In this document: positions 46,800 to 55,085 of the stretch, piece after piece
How the letters are laid out: every line of letters starts with the position of its first letter
How positions within the stretch are numbered: position 1 is the first letter of the stretch
From: a virus
DNA length: 64,000 nt
IMG/VR virus record: IMGVR_UViG_3300045988_174813
Strand: one strand, 5' to 3'
The notes under the pieces: generated by a model
Database searches by the model: none
What the model saw: only the letters and a program-made list of their open reading frames with translations
Told to the model about the DNA's origin: nothing
Translations under genes and position numbers: made by a program

Positions 46800-47101
46800 A
46801 TAGTTTTTCTTTTTGTCGTGATAATTATGGAACTTCCTCTCGATGGAGTTCCGACGAAGAGACTGTTGCGAAGGCCGAAGATGCGATGTGGGCGGATGTG
46901 GCAACTTATCTGCGTATTCTTGCTCGCAATGGGCGCAATGCTATTGTGAGTGTTGAGGATGGTGGTTTTGTGGTGTCTGTTGAGAATGATTATAGCGATT
47001 CTGCAATGGGTGGAATGATGCCTATGTGGGTTGATGAAGATGAAATGGATGCCGTTCTCAATCATCGTGATGAGGTAAAAAATGGGGACGTTGACCAGTA
47101 A
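46796..47101 (+). CDS. hypothetical protein
   Basis: 101-aa ORF, ATGA coupling. Confidence 0.55.
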   Translation: MNSFSFCRDNYGTSSRWSSDEETVAKAEDAMWADVATYLRILARNGRNAIVSVEDGGFVVSVENDYSDSAMGGMMPMWVDEDEMDAVLNHRDEVKNGDVDQ

Positions 47102-47429
47102 GTATTGTCCCGTGTGTATGGGTAAAGGAGTTATCTCGCGCCCATACCATTGTGATGATGGCATAACCATCTATGAGAATGAATTTTGTCGAAACTGCAA
47201 TGGAGAAGGCTACTTATTTATGGGTGATGACGTAATGACGAATGAAGATAAACTTCGTTCTGAGATTGCCTCCTATAAAGGGTTAGCAAATTTTCTGTCG
47301 AAGGTTTGGGGCGATGGTGGTTGCAAAGATTGCCCTGCAAGAGAGATTTGTAAACAGAGCCAGCGAAACGAAGTTCTTCCTTGTAATGAAGCTGTGAAGA
47401 TATGGCTCGCGCAGATAGTAAAGGAGTAA
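47082..47429 (+). CDS. Cys-rich (zinc-binding) protein
   Basis: CPVCMGKG..CRNCNGEG DnaJ-type CxxCxGxG repeats. Confidence 0.55.
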   Translation: MGTLTSKYCPVCMGKGVISRPYHCDDGITIYENEFCRNCNGEGYLFMGDDVMTNEDKLRSEIASYKGLANFLSKVWGDGGCKDCPAREICKQSQRNEVLPCNEAVKIWLAQIVKE

Positions 47430-47633
47430 GTTATGTTCTGGGTGGTTATTATGCTGTTGTTTATCGCCGCCGAAATTTCTGTTATGAATGATAAGATTTG
47501 ATGGTAGGCGCGCGAAGTAAGTATAAAATTGAGGCAGAATTTATGTGAAAAATTTTGCCGGAAATCACTTGTTCACCGAAAGTATAGATTGATGCGAGAA
47601 AGTATACAAATTAGTATAAATTGGACATTGAAA

Positions 47634-47677
47634 AGTAGAGTTCGGAACCTTTTTTGGTAGACGGACTCTATTTTTTT
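47634..47677 (+). terminator. imperfect hairpin plus T7 run
   Basis: TAGAGTTCGG..CGGACTCTA, then TTTTTTT. Confidence 0.4.
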
Positions 47678-47704
47678 GACTTTTTTGAAAATTTAGTGTA
47701 TAAT
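47676..47704 (+). promoter_or_regulatory. sigma-A type promoter
   Basis: TTGACT-17-TATAAT. Confidence 0.65.
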
Positions 47705-47730
47705 ATATATAGAAAGTGAGGGAAAAAGAA

Positions 47731-48243
47731 TTGGTTACTGTTGTGTTTGGTCTTTTGTTCTTGGTGATGGTGTTTTGTTTTCTAATTTATATTATTGATG
47801 CTGTAGTTGACATGATTGATACAAACAGTGAGCGCGAAGCAATCATCAAAGATTTCTTTCGCTATTTCCGAAAAATTGACTCGTACTCAGAAGACATTAC
47901 TCTTACCTTCAATCAGTTTCTTGCTTTTTATAATGTTTCTTCTGAATATTGGAAGGTCAATGAATATTATAATATTTGGTTTACCTATAAAAATGATGGC
48001 GAGAGATTTACTATTAGGTTCAAAACCTATGGTGATCAGATGAAGTATCGTTTGTGGAGACGGAAAAAGAAAAAGCACGACAATATCCTTGCAAGCGTGC
48101 GCGAAATGAATAGATTTATTGAAAATATTCGTCAGCAAAGCAAACGCGCAGAGGAAGAAGCAATGCGTGAAGCTAATGAACTTCATGAACGTATATCTAA
48201 AGAGTTGGAGAAAGGAGAAAATAATGTTTCTATGGGTAGATGA
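47731..48243 (+). CDS. TM-anchored protein, paralog of 51753-52223
   Basis: TTG start 7 nt after GAGGGA; shared block DFFR.FRKID..S..ITLTF.QFLAFYNVSS..W...YGDQMKYRLWRR.KKK. Confidence 0.55.
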   Translation: MVTVVFGLLFLVMVFCFLIYIIDAVVDMIDTNSEREAIIKDFFRYFRKIDSYSEDITLTFNQFLAFYNVSSEYWKVNEYYNIWFTYKNDGERFTIRFKTYGDQMKYRLWRRKKKKHDNILASVREMNRFIENIRQQSKRAEEEAMREANELHERISKELEKGENNVSMGR

Positions 48244-48544
48244 CCTGCGCGAGCCTCCAAAGACAGGCGCTAACTGGTTGTGGGCGCGTAGTGTAAGTGA
48301 AGCTAAAGTAGCGATTATGTTTTATGAGCGTCAGCGTCAAGTGGATTTTATTCATATCGACCTTGACCACGATGCCGGAAGCTATGCGTGGGATGGCGGA
48401 GATTACATTGAGGTTCTCAAGTGGCTTGAGCAACATCAACTGCCGGATACCGGTTATACATTCCATCTCCACACTATGAATCCAGTTGGGCGTGATAATA
48501 TGCGCGCGATTATAAATTCTAATGGATGGAGGGAAATTAAATGA
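48224..48544 (+). CDS. cREC (cyclic-phosphate processing receiver-like) domain protein
   Basis: GGAGAA RBS, ATG 48224; LWVDDLREPP..W.WARS..EA......IDLDHD.G....G.....WL.....P....LHT.NPVGR..M. Confidence 0.55.
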   Translation: MFLWVDDLREPPKTGANWLWARSVSEAKVAIMFYERQRQVDFIHIDLDHDAGSYAWDGGDYIEVLKWLEQHQLPDTGYTFHLHTMNPVGRDNMRAIINSNGWREIK

Positions 48545-48771
48545 AAGTAATTCGTATTCTTGATGCTGGCGTGTTTGCTGATGAACGAGGAAACATCATT
48601 CCTGACAACGAGTTTTTTGATTGCTTCCCACACGAGGGAGATTACTTGTCTATTCGGACTGTGAGCAAAGTGCCTAGTTGGTTTCCGCTCATTCGTTCTA
48701 CTGCTCGGCGCGAACGTATTCAGAAGTTTGGACTGCTCTGGCAGATGGTAGAAGATGGAGGTTGCAAGTGA
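48541..48771 (+). CDS. hypothetical protein
   Basis: 76-aa ORF, ATGA coupling. Confidence 0.5.
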   Translation: MKVIRILDAGVFADERGNIIPDNEFFDCFPHEGDYLSIRTVSKVPSWFPLIRSTARRERIQKFGLLWQMVEDGGCK

Positions 48772-49016
48772 AAATTATCCAAGTGTATAAGGGTATGTTC
48801 AGTGCGGAAACTGATACCTATATTCTTGAGAATGGTTCGTATTGCGACTATTCGGAGATTATAGAATTTATGTGCTATCCGCATAGTGATTGGCACAATA
48901 TCAAGAGTGTCAATTGGGATAATCTTGATAAGGATGAGCGTGCTTTGGTTATGGATGAGATTGATAACCCCGAAAAGTGGAAGAAAATTTTTGAGAAAGT
49001 GTGGTATGTGAATTGA
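48768..49016 (+). CDS. hypothetical protein
   Basis: GTG 48768 after GGAGG, overlapping the upstream TGA. Confidence 0.45.
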   Translation: MKIIQVYKGMFSAETDTYILENGSYCDYSEIIEFMCYPHSDWHNIKSVNWDNLDKDERALVMDEIDNPEKWKKIFEKVWYVN

Positions 49017-49210
49017 TGAAAGACCTTTATGAAGTGATGCACTATGGTACAATTACCCACGACTACCAGTGGGAAGAGCATTTCACAGATAGACCTACCA
49101 AATTTCGTCGTGTGCGTATTTTCCTCTATGAGGGGCAGTATATTTTGGTTGAAGAGCTTGATGGAACTATTGTTTCAGTAGACGAACTTGGAAAAGAGGA
49201 AATGTGCTGA
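49016..49210 (+). CDS. hypothetical protein
   Basis: ATG 49016 (TGATG coupling). Confidence 0.5.
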   Translation: MKDLYEVMHYGTITHDYQWEEHFTDRPTKFRRVRIFLYEGQYILVEELDGTIVSVDELGKEEMC

Positions 49211-49737
49211 TGGGTCAGAAGATTTGGATTATATCTGACACTCACTTTAACCACACCAATATTATCGACTATTGCGCGCGACCATTCAAAGATGTGGAAG
49301 AGATGAATAGCACCATTATCAATCGTTGGAATAGTGTGGTAGGTAAAGAAGATATTGTATGGCACCTAGGAGACTTTGCATTAGGTAGAGCTGAAGAGAT
49401 TTCTAAGTTTCGAGAAAAACTCAACGGAAAGATTTACCTCATTCGCGGGAACCATGACCATCATACCAATGGTTGGTATGTTGCGCGCGGGTTCGATAAG
49501 GTTTATGATAGACCTATCGTGATTGATAAAAATGTGTTGCTGTCTCATGCGCCAATTATCACAGAATATAATTGTGGTGAGCTAATCAATTTGTTTGGTC
49601 ATGTGCATAATAATCTTAAATGGAGTATTTCGCTTGGTGGCGCGTGTGTTTGTGTAGAGCATTGGGATTATGCACCAGTGCTTTTGAGTGATGTGAAAAG
49701 AATGGTTGAAAAGGAGAGACGAAGCTGTGATTGTTAA
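49210..49737 (+). CDS. metallophosphoesterase
   Basis: ISDTHFNH, LGDF, RGNHD, LSHAP, GHVH motifs. Confidence 0.8.
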   Translation: MGQKIWIISDTHFNHTNIIDYCARPFKDVEEMNSTIINRWNSVVGKEDIVWHLGDFALGRAEEISKFREKLNGKIYLIRGNHDHHTNGWYVARGFDKVYDRPIVIDKNVLLSHAPIITEYNCGELINLFGHVHNNLKWSISLGGACVCVEHWDYAPVLLSDVKRMVEKERRSCDC

Positions 49738-49924
49738 GAAAGAAGAGTATCTTGGGCTGAAGTATCGGATTGAGGAGCTGGAGAATATCCTTTGTCCGCC
49801 CTCTAAGGGACATGATTGGAAAGAAATCGAGGACGTGTATCAGTATGGGCCTGAGACTGATGTGCTGATTGGTAAGAAGTGCCAGTGCACTCGATGCCTC
49901 AAGAAAAAGTTTGTGAGTTTCTAA
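49727..49924 (+). CDS. hypothetical Cys-containing protein
   Basis: AAGGAGAG RBS, GTG 49727. Confidence 0.45.
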   Translation: MIVKKEEYLGLKYRIEELENILCPPSKGHDWKEIEDVYQYGPETDVLIGKKCQCTRCLKKKFVSF

Positions 49925-49927
49925 TCT

Positions 49928-50134
49928 ATGGATAGAGAAAATTTGCGACTTATTTCTATTATCATGGCTTATATTTGTCTATGCGCTATACTTTTTGGCC
50001 TTCCTTTTATATGTATGGAAGTAAAAAGCAAACGCATGGAAGCTCAAGGATATGAGTGGGTTGAGGGCAACTGCCAGTGCCACTGCCCTTCTTGTGAATG
50101 CGATAAAGGCCATTGGGCACCAATTAGTGATTGA
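49928..50134 (+). CDS. small membrane protein with Cys-rich tail
   Basis: TM helix, then CQCHCPSCEC. Confidence 0.5.
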   Translation: MDRENLRLISIIMAYICLCAILFGLPFICMEVKSKRMEAQGYEWVEGNCQCHCPSCECDKGHWAPISD

Positions 50135-50142
50135 CTTACAGG

Positions 50143-50191
50143 GCGCGGGTAGCATAGATTTTATGAATGGAATTTATGTAGCCCGCGCGAA
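50143..50191 (+). promoter_or_regulatory. paired GC boxes (copy 3 of 3)
   Basis: GCGCGGGTAGCATAGATTTT..TTTATGTAGCCCGCGCGAAGTAAGTA. Confidence 0.4.
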
Positions 50192-50208
50192 GTAAGTAGA
50201 AAGGAAAT

Positions 50209-50988
50209 ATGGATAGAAAGAAATATAAATGGATTGTAATCGGGCTACTGATTGTAGTTCTGTTGTCGTATTTGATTACTAGTGCGCGAGCCACAAATGA
50301 GCCTAATGGATATGTGGTTAGTGAGACAACATTGTATAGTGGGCCAAGCTATAATGCGAGTAGTTATACAACACTTAGTGTGGGGACAGAGCTTTGTGTA
50401 TATGGACGATATAACCAATGGTATGAAGTTGGTTGGAATGGAAAGACTGGGTATGTGTTGAGTGAGTATGTGTCTATTGACCATAAGCAAGACTACACAA
50501 TTACTATTGATGCAACACCTGTGCCTATTGCTCCGGTAGCTACTCCATTCAATAAGCCAATGGAGCCCGCGCCTAGCGAGCCGACTACTACTACACTAAC
50601 TCCTACTCCTACTTCTACTTTTACGCCTTCGGGTGATACCTCTATTGTAGAAAGTGCAGAAGCCTATCTTGGTGTCCCCTATAAATGGGGTGGAACCACT
50701 GATAAAGGTATGGATTGTAGTGGTTTTGTCCAGAAAGCTTACGAAGATGCAGGCTACTCCATTGGACGCACCACCCAAATTCAGGCTTTTGAAGGTAAAG
50801 AAGTAGAAGACTATGCGCCTGGCGATATTTTATGTTTCGGACGTAGTAAATGGAACATCTTCCACACAGGAATATATATTGGTGATGGGAAGTTTATTCA
50901 TTCGTCCTCGCCAGAAGGTGTTGTTGTGAGCGAGCTTGATGGGTATGGATTGAAACTTATTATGGCAAGGAGAATAAGTGAAGAATGA
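50209..50988 (+). CDS. secreted SH3 + NlpC/P60 (C40) peptidoglycan endopeptidase
   Basis: N-terminal TM/signal, SH3-like ..Y.GPS......L.VG....Y......WYEV..NGKTGYV; Pro/Thr linker; GVPYKWGG..GMDCSGFV..H.GIYIG.GKFIH. Confidence 0.8.
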   Translation: MDRKKYKWIVIGLLIVVLLSYLITSARATNEPNGYVVSETTLYSGPSYNASSYTTLSVGTELCVYGRYNQWYEVGWNGKTGYVLSEYVSIDHKQDYTITIDATPVPIAPVATPFNKPMEPAPSEPTTTTLTPTPTSTFTPSGDTSIVESAEAYLGVPYKWGGTTDKGMDCSGFVQKAYEDAGYSIGRTTQIQAFEGKEVEDYAPGDILCFGRSKWNIFHTGIYIGDGKFIHSSSPEGVVVSELDGYGLKLIMARRISEE

Positions 50989-51230
50989 AAGTTCAAGAAG
51001 CAAATAAAAATCGGTGTAGTTTTTGTGCTCTCAAAAAAGGCGATTGTTTCCGAAAAGGAACTGATATTTATATGAAAGTAGATACTTTTTATGCGCCTAC
51101 GGCTAATCGTGCTAACCCTGATGCTCCTCAAGTTGCTTGTAATGCTGTGAATTTGGCAAATGGAAATTTTGGAAATATTGATGTTTATGAAGGCGTAACT
51201 TTTTGCCCTGATGCGGTTGTTAGTTTTTGA
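50985..51230 (+). CDS. small paralog-family protein (member 1 of 6)
   Basis: F..LK.GD.F......YMK......N.V.L..G.F pattern. Confidence 0.55.
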   Translation: MKVQEANKNRCSFCALKKGDCFRKGTDIYMKVDTFYAPTANRANPDAPQVACNAVNLANGNFGNIDVYEGVTFCPDAVVSF

Positions 51231-51236
51231 GGTAAG

Positions 51237-51473
51237 ATGATGAAAATTGAATGTAATAAGAAAACTATTGTTCGGTTTCGAGACTTAAAGGCTGGTGATT
51301 TGTTCCGCGAGATTGACGCGCAGGCTGAGGCAATTATGATGAAGACTGCGGATGTATTTCGGTCTGATGGTTCGATGTTGAATGCGGTTTATTTGTCTGA
51401 TGGCGAGTTTGAACGGTTCGGAGAGATGGAAGAAGTAGAGCTACTACCCAGCGTAGTGGTAGTAAATAATTAA
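51237..51473 (+). CDS. small paralog-family protein (2 of 6)
   Basis: RFRDLKAGDLFRE..MMKT...LNAVYLSDGEF. Confidence 0.55.
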   Translation: MMKIECNKKTIVRFRDLKAGDLFREIDAQAEAIMMKTADVFRSDGSMLNAVYLSDGEFERFGEMEEVELLPSVVVVNN

Positions 51474-51476
51474 GCT

Positions 51477-51695
51477 ATGAAAATTAGTTCTAAGTTAGAA
51501 ACTACCATTCCTTTTAGAGATTTAAAATGGGGAGACTGTTTCCGATCTAAGGTTAGGAATAATGCTATCTTTATCAAAATTCCTTTTACTGAGGGCGGAG
51601 ATTATAATGCCGTTATACTGGAAACTGGTTTGCTGGCTTGCTTCCCATCAAATGAACAAGTTGAGCCTCTGCCTAATGCTAAAGTTGTAATCTAA
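51477..51695 (+). CDS. small paralog-family protein (3 of 6)
   Basis: PFRDLKWGDCFRS..FIKI...YNAVILETGLL. Confidence 0.55.
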   Translation: MKISSKLETTIPFRDLKWGDCFRSKVRNNAIFIKIPFTEGGDYNAVILETGLLACFPSNEQVEPLPNAKVVI

Positions 51696-51698
51696 ATT

Positions 51699-51727
51699 TT
51701 GATTTATTCCTAAATTTAGTATATAAT
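51699..51727 (+). promoter_or_regulatory. sigma-A type promoter
   Basis: TTGATT-17-TATAAT. Confidence 0.65.
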
Positions 51728-51752
51728 ATATATAGAAAGTGAGGGAGAAATA

Positions 51753-52223
51753 ATGGTTGTGCTTTGTATTATTGTAGCAGTGTTAGTCGGTTTCTTGATT
51801 TGGATTGTTTTTTCAGCATTGAATAAGGATGATGAGAATGAAGAAATCTTCAGAGATTTTTTTAGATTTTTCCGAAAAATCGACCCACACTCAGATGGTA
51901 TTACTCTTACCTTTAAGCAATTTCTCGCTTTCTATAATGTTTCTTCTTCAAGTTGGCAAGAATATAACGGTTGTAATATCTACTTTGTTTATAGGAATCA
52001 CAATGAAAGGTTCCTCATTAAATTCCAAACTTATGGCGACCAGATGAAGTATCGTTTGTGGCGACGCAATAAGAAAAAGCGTGAAGCGACACTTCAGAAG
52101 GTACACGAGACAAATAGATTTATTGAGAGCATTCGTCAGCAGTGTGTCCGTGCAGAACAAGAGGCAACGAAAGAAGCACAGCAGTTGCGTGAGCGTATTA
52201 TTAGCGAATTGGAGGAGAAATAA
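51753..52223 (+). CDS. TM-anchored protein, paralog of 47731-48243
   Basis: See 47731; same length and architecture. Confidence 0.6.
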   Translation: MVVLCIIVAVLVGFLIWIVFSALNKDDENEEIFRDFFRFFRKIDPHSDGITLTFKQFLAFYNVSSSSWQEYNGCNIYFVYRNHNERFLIKFQTYGDQMKYRLWRRNKKKREATLQKVHETNRFIESIRQQCVRAEQEATKEAQQLRERIISELEEK

Positions 52224-52468
52224 TGAGTTCAATTACTAGTGATATTCTTCGTATCATTGATTGCGCGGGCGCCGACCCAACGTTTACCGAAGTCTTTGCA
52301 CGGCTAGGTTATGCAACTCACATCGAAGTAAAGAATACTCTTCGATGGCTTGAGCGTAAGGGACTTATTGTGTCTTACTATTGCCCATCAATGCGTCAGT
52401 CTCGTTATTATCTCTCTGCGCAAGCTGAACATTTGATGGATGAAATTGACGGGTGCGCGCACGAGTAA
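52223..52468 (+). CDS. winged-helix protein
   Basis: ..FTEVFARLGYATHIEVKNTLRWLERKGLIV.. Confidence 0.45.
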   Translation: MSSITSDILRIIDCAGADPTFTEVFARLGYATHIEVKNTLRWLERKGLIVSYYCPSMRQSRYYLSAQAEHLMDEIDGCAHE

Positions 52469-52482
52469 TTCAAACTTACATT

Positions 52483-52511
52483 TTGACTTTTTTGAGAATT
52501 TAGGGTATAAT
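52483..52511 (+). promoter_or_regulatory. sigma-A type promoter
   Basis: TTGACT-17-TATAAT. Confidence 0.65.
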
Positions 52512-52535
52512 ATATACAGAAAGTGAGGATGAGGT

Positions 52536-52796
52536 ATGGATAAGAAAAAGGTTTGGGTTGTTGAATATGAGGGTGGAGATACAGAGGTGTGCTCCACTGA
52601 AGGTTCTGCATATCGGCAGGTATTGTGTCATTATGTTGAGCTTCTTGCAGACAATCTTGCAGAAATTAGAGACGGGCTTGATACTGACAATGTTGAACAC
52701 GTTTATGAAACTATTATTGACGACCTGAAAGACCTCGCGCGAGAGCATTATATAGATGGTGCTGTGTGGATGCGCGAAGCGGAACTTGTAGATTGA
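52536..52796 (+). CDS. hypothetical protein
   Basis: GTGAGGATGAGG leader, ATG 52536. Confidence 0.55.
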   Translation: MDKKKVWVVEYEGGDTEVCSTEGSAYRQVLCHYVELLADNLAEIRDGLDTDNVEHVYETIIDDLKDLAREHYIDGAVWMREAELVD

Positions 52797-52840
52797 GATA
52801 TGTAAGTGGGATAATAAGGAAAGGGAAAGGGATAGTAAAA

Positions 52841-53140
52841 ATGAAAGAAACTAATATTGGAAAGTACGTCATCGTTCGTGGAAATCACTCTGGGGTATTT
52901 GCCGGAACTCTTACTGCCAGAGAAGGACGAGAAGTTCAACTCACCGATTGTCGTCGTATCTGGTATTGGGACGGTGCGGCAAGTATTTCCCAGCTCGCTA
53001 TTGACGGCACAAGCAAGCCGAATGATTGCAAGTTCCCCGCATCGGTGAAGGAGATTACAGTCCTTGATGCCATTGAAATTATTCCTTGCACAGAAAAGGC
53101 TGAAGCTAGCATCAAGGCGGTGCGCGAATGGAGATGCTGA
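52841..53140 (+). CDS. hypothetical protein
   Basis: ATG 52841; 99 aa. Confidence 0.5.
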   Translation: MKETNIGKYVIVRGNHSGVFAGTLTAREGREVQLTDCRRIWYWDGAASISQLAIDGTSKPNDCKFPASVKEITVLDAIEIIPCTEKAEASIKAVREWRC

Positions 53141-53835
53141 CGCGGGAGGCTTTCCTCCATACGGATTTTTTTGATTACGGTGACGGCTATGACGACGGTT
53201 ATGGCGAAGGTGATGGTTCCGGCTATGGTTTCTGTGATGGCGACGGCCTTGGTGATAGTTCTATTCTCAGGTATGGCTCTGGCTCCAGCGTTGGTTATGG
53301 CTGTGGTGATGGTTCTGGTTACGGTTATAGTCTCGATCCCATTTACGGCTTGAAATCCCTGAATGGTCAGCTGGTTGATATGATTGATGACGTACCGACG
53401 ATTCTCACGCGCATCATCGGCAACGTTGCCAAGGGCTTCATTGTCCGCACTGATTTGTCGCTTGCTCCTACATTCATCTGCAAGCAGGGCAATACGTTCG
53501 CCCACGGCGAGACACTCCACGAGGCGTGGAGAGCGCTGTTGGAAAAGCTCTTTGATAATATGCCTACGGAGAAACGCATAGAGGCGTTCTGCAAAGAGTT
53601 CAAGCCTGGTATCAAGCGTCCAGTGATGGATTTTTTCTCGTGGCATCATCGTCTCACTGGAAGTTGTGAGCAGGGGCGACGAGAGTTCGTTTGGCAACAT
53701 CATATTGATATTGACCACGATGAACTGACACCTGAAGAGTTCTTCGCACTGACACGTAATTCATATGGAAGCAGTATTATCCGGCAGACAGAGAAAGCAT
53801 TTGCTTGCCAGTGTGAAACGGAACTTATGAATTGA
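53128..53835 (+). CDS. protein with Gly/Asp/Tyr repeat N-terminus
   Basis: DYGDGYDDGYGEGDGSGYGFCDGDGLGD.. then a conserved-looking C-terminal domain (FAHGETL.EA..). Confidence 0.55.
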   Translation: MEMLTREAFLHTDFFDYGDGYDDGYGEGDGSGYGFCDGDGLGDSSILRYGSGSSVGYGCGDGSGYGYSLDPIYGLKSLNGQLVDMIDDVPTILTRIIGNVAKGFIVRTDLSLAPTFICKQGNTFAHGETLHEAWRALLEKLFDNMPTEKRIEAFCKEFKPGIKRPVMDFFSWHHRLTGSCEQGRREFVWQHHIDIDHDELTPEEFFALTRNSYGSSIIRQTEKAFACQCETELMN

Positions 53836-53862
53836 AAATAAGAAATAAGGAATAAGGAAAAT

Positions 53863-53891
53863 TTGAAGTTTTCTAAAATTTAATGTATAAT
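53863..53891 (+). promoter_or_regulatory. sigma-A type promoter (variant leader TGTAAGGTTGAGGAAG)
   Basis: TTGAAG-17-TATAAT, then a 170-nt leader. Confidence 0.6.
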
Positions 53892-54069
53892 ATATATGTA
53901 AGGTTGAGGAAGAGATAATTATCCAAAGAGTCAGGTGGGGCGCTAGACCTGAACTAAACTCTTCCTTTAAATAATCTGGATTTCGGTGTTATAAGGATTA
54001 GCCTTGCATAAATTGTGTATCCAAATTTTATATATTTTATTGGGCAAAGCCCAGAAAGGAAACAAAACT

Positions 54070-54519
54070 ATGTCCACTACTACTACTACTACTACTACTA
54101 CCGAAAAGTCCCCGAAGCTCACGCAGAAGCTCTTCTTCCAGAACGTCCTTGCGATGCTCCACGGAGAGGACACTGAGTTCACTGCCGAAGAGATGGCTGA
54201 ATTTGCCGAGGCTCGCATCGCCAAGATTGATGAAACCAACGCGAAGAATCGTGAGGCTGACCGTAAGCCTACCGCTAAGGAGCTCGCCACCCAGGAAGAG
54301 AACGCTCGTCTGCGCGAAGCCCTTGTTGGTATTGTGCGCGAAGCTACTGAGCCTCTGGTGCGTGATGCCATTGCCGAGGCTCTTGGTGTGTCCCCGCAGA
54401 AGGTTAGTGTTCTTGCGAAGAATGCTATTGCGTCTGGTGAGATTGCCAAGGCTGAGACGAAGGTGGATGGCAAGAAGCGCGTTGCTTATGTCGTTGCCGG
54501 TGAGACTACTGGCGAGTGA
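54070..54519 (+). CDS. poly-Thr-headed helical protein
   Basis: AAAGGAAA RBS, ATG 54070; MSTTTTTTTTTEK.. Confidence 0.55.
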   Translation: MSTTTTTTTTTEKSPKLTQKLFFQNVLAMLHGEDTEFTAEEMAEFAEARIAKIDETNAKNREADRKPTAKELATQEENARLREALVGIVREATEPLVRDAIAEALGVSPQKVSVLAKNAIASGEIAKAETKVDGKKRVAYVVAGETTGE

Positions 54520-54536
54520 ACCTTGAGTTGAGAATA

Positions 54537-54572
54537 AAGAGAGAAGTCCTACGGGATTTCTCTCTTTTTCTT
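54537..54572 (+). terminator. rho-independent terminator
   Basis: AGAGAGAAGTCC-tac-GGGATTTCTCTCT, then TTTTC. Confidence 0.7.
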
Positions 54573-54574
54573 TT

Positions 54575-54603
54575 TTGACTTTCTGTATTTTTTATGGTAT
54601 AAT
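54575..54603 (+). promoter_or_regulatory. sigma-A type promoter
   Basis: TTGACT-17-TATAAT. Confidence 0.65.
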
Positions 54604-54627
54604 AAATATAGAAAGTGAGGGAAGAAA

Positions 54628-54789
54628 ATGAAGTATCCGAAGTGTTGTAAGGGTTGCGTGCATCTTCATCCGCTCTATGGAAATAGAGATAAGACTGGAA
54701 AAAGAACCATTTCTTCCTATGATTGTAGTAAGAAGAATGGATTTTCATTGGCAACTAAGAATGGTTGTGCCGAGAAGAAGATGAAGTAA
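54628..54789 (+). CDS. small Cys-rich basic protein
   Basis: GTGAGGGAAG leader; 53 aa. Confidence 0.45.
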   Translation: MKYPKCCKGCVHLHPLYGNRDKTGKRTISSYDCSKKNGFSLATKNGCAEKKMK

Positions 54790-54830
54790 ATTTATGGTGT
54801 TCGCGCTGAGTAGAGAGAGGAGTTTGATTT

Positions 54831-55085
54831 ATGGTTTATTTTACTAAAGAGTATGATGAAAATATGGAAGGCTATGATGAGCTTGTCGCTCTTGCTGATA
54901 AGTTTCTTGCCCATAATGATGGAGAATATATTTATAATGAAGATACTGGACTTACTTTGACCAAGGTGGCAAAGAACCCCAGTGTATATGTTCTTTCACA
55001 CGATGATGGTGGGGATGAATTGTATACATCCTCCATCTATCAGGCAGTGGATTATTTGCTTACTCGGGAGGAAGAAGATAAATGA
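54831..55085 (+). CDS. hypothetical protein (paralog of the next gene)
   Basis: M.YF.K(E/D)Y..N...(Y/F)D(E/D).V..A..F start shared with 55082. Confidence 0.55.
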   Translation: MVYFTKEYDENMEGYDELVALADKFLAHNDGEYIYNEDTGLTLTKVAKNPSVYVLSHDDGGDELYTSSIYQAVDYLLTREEEDK

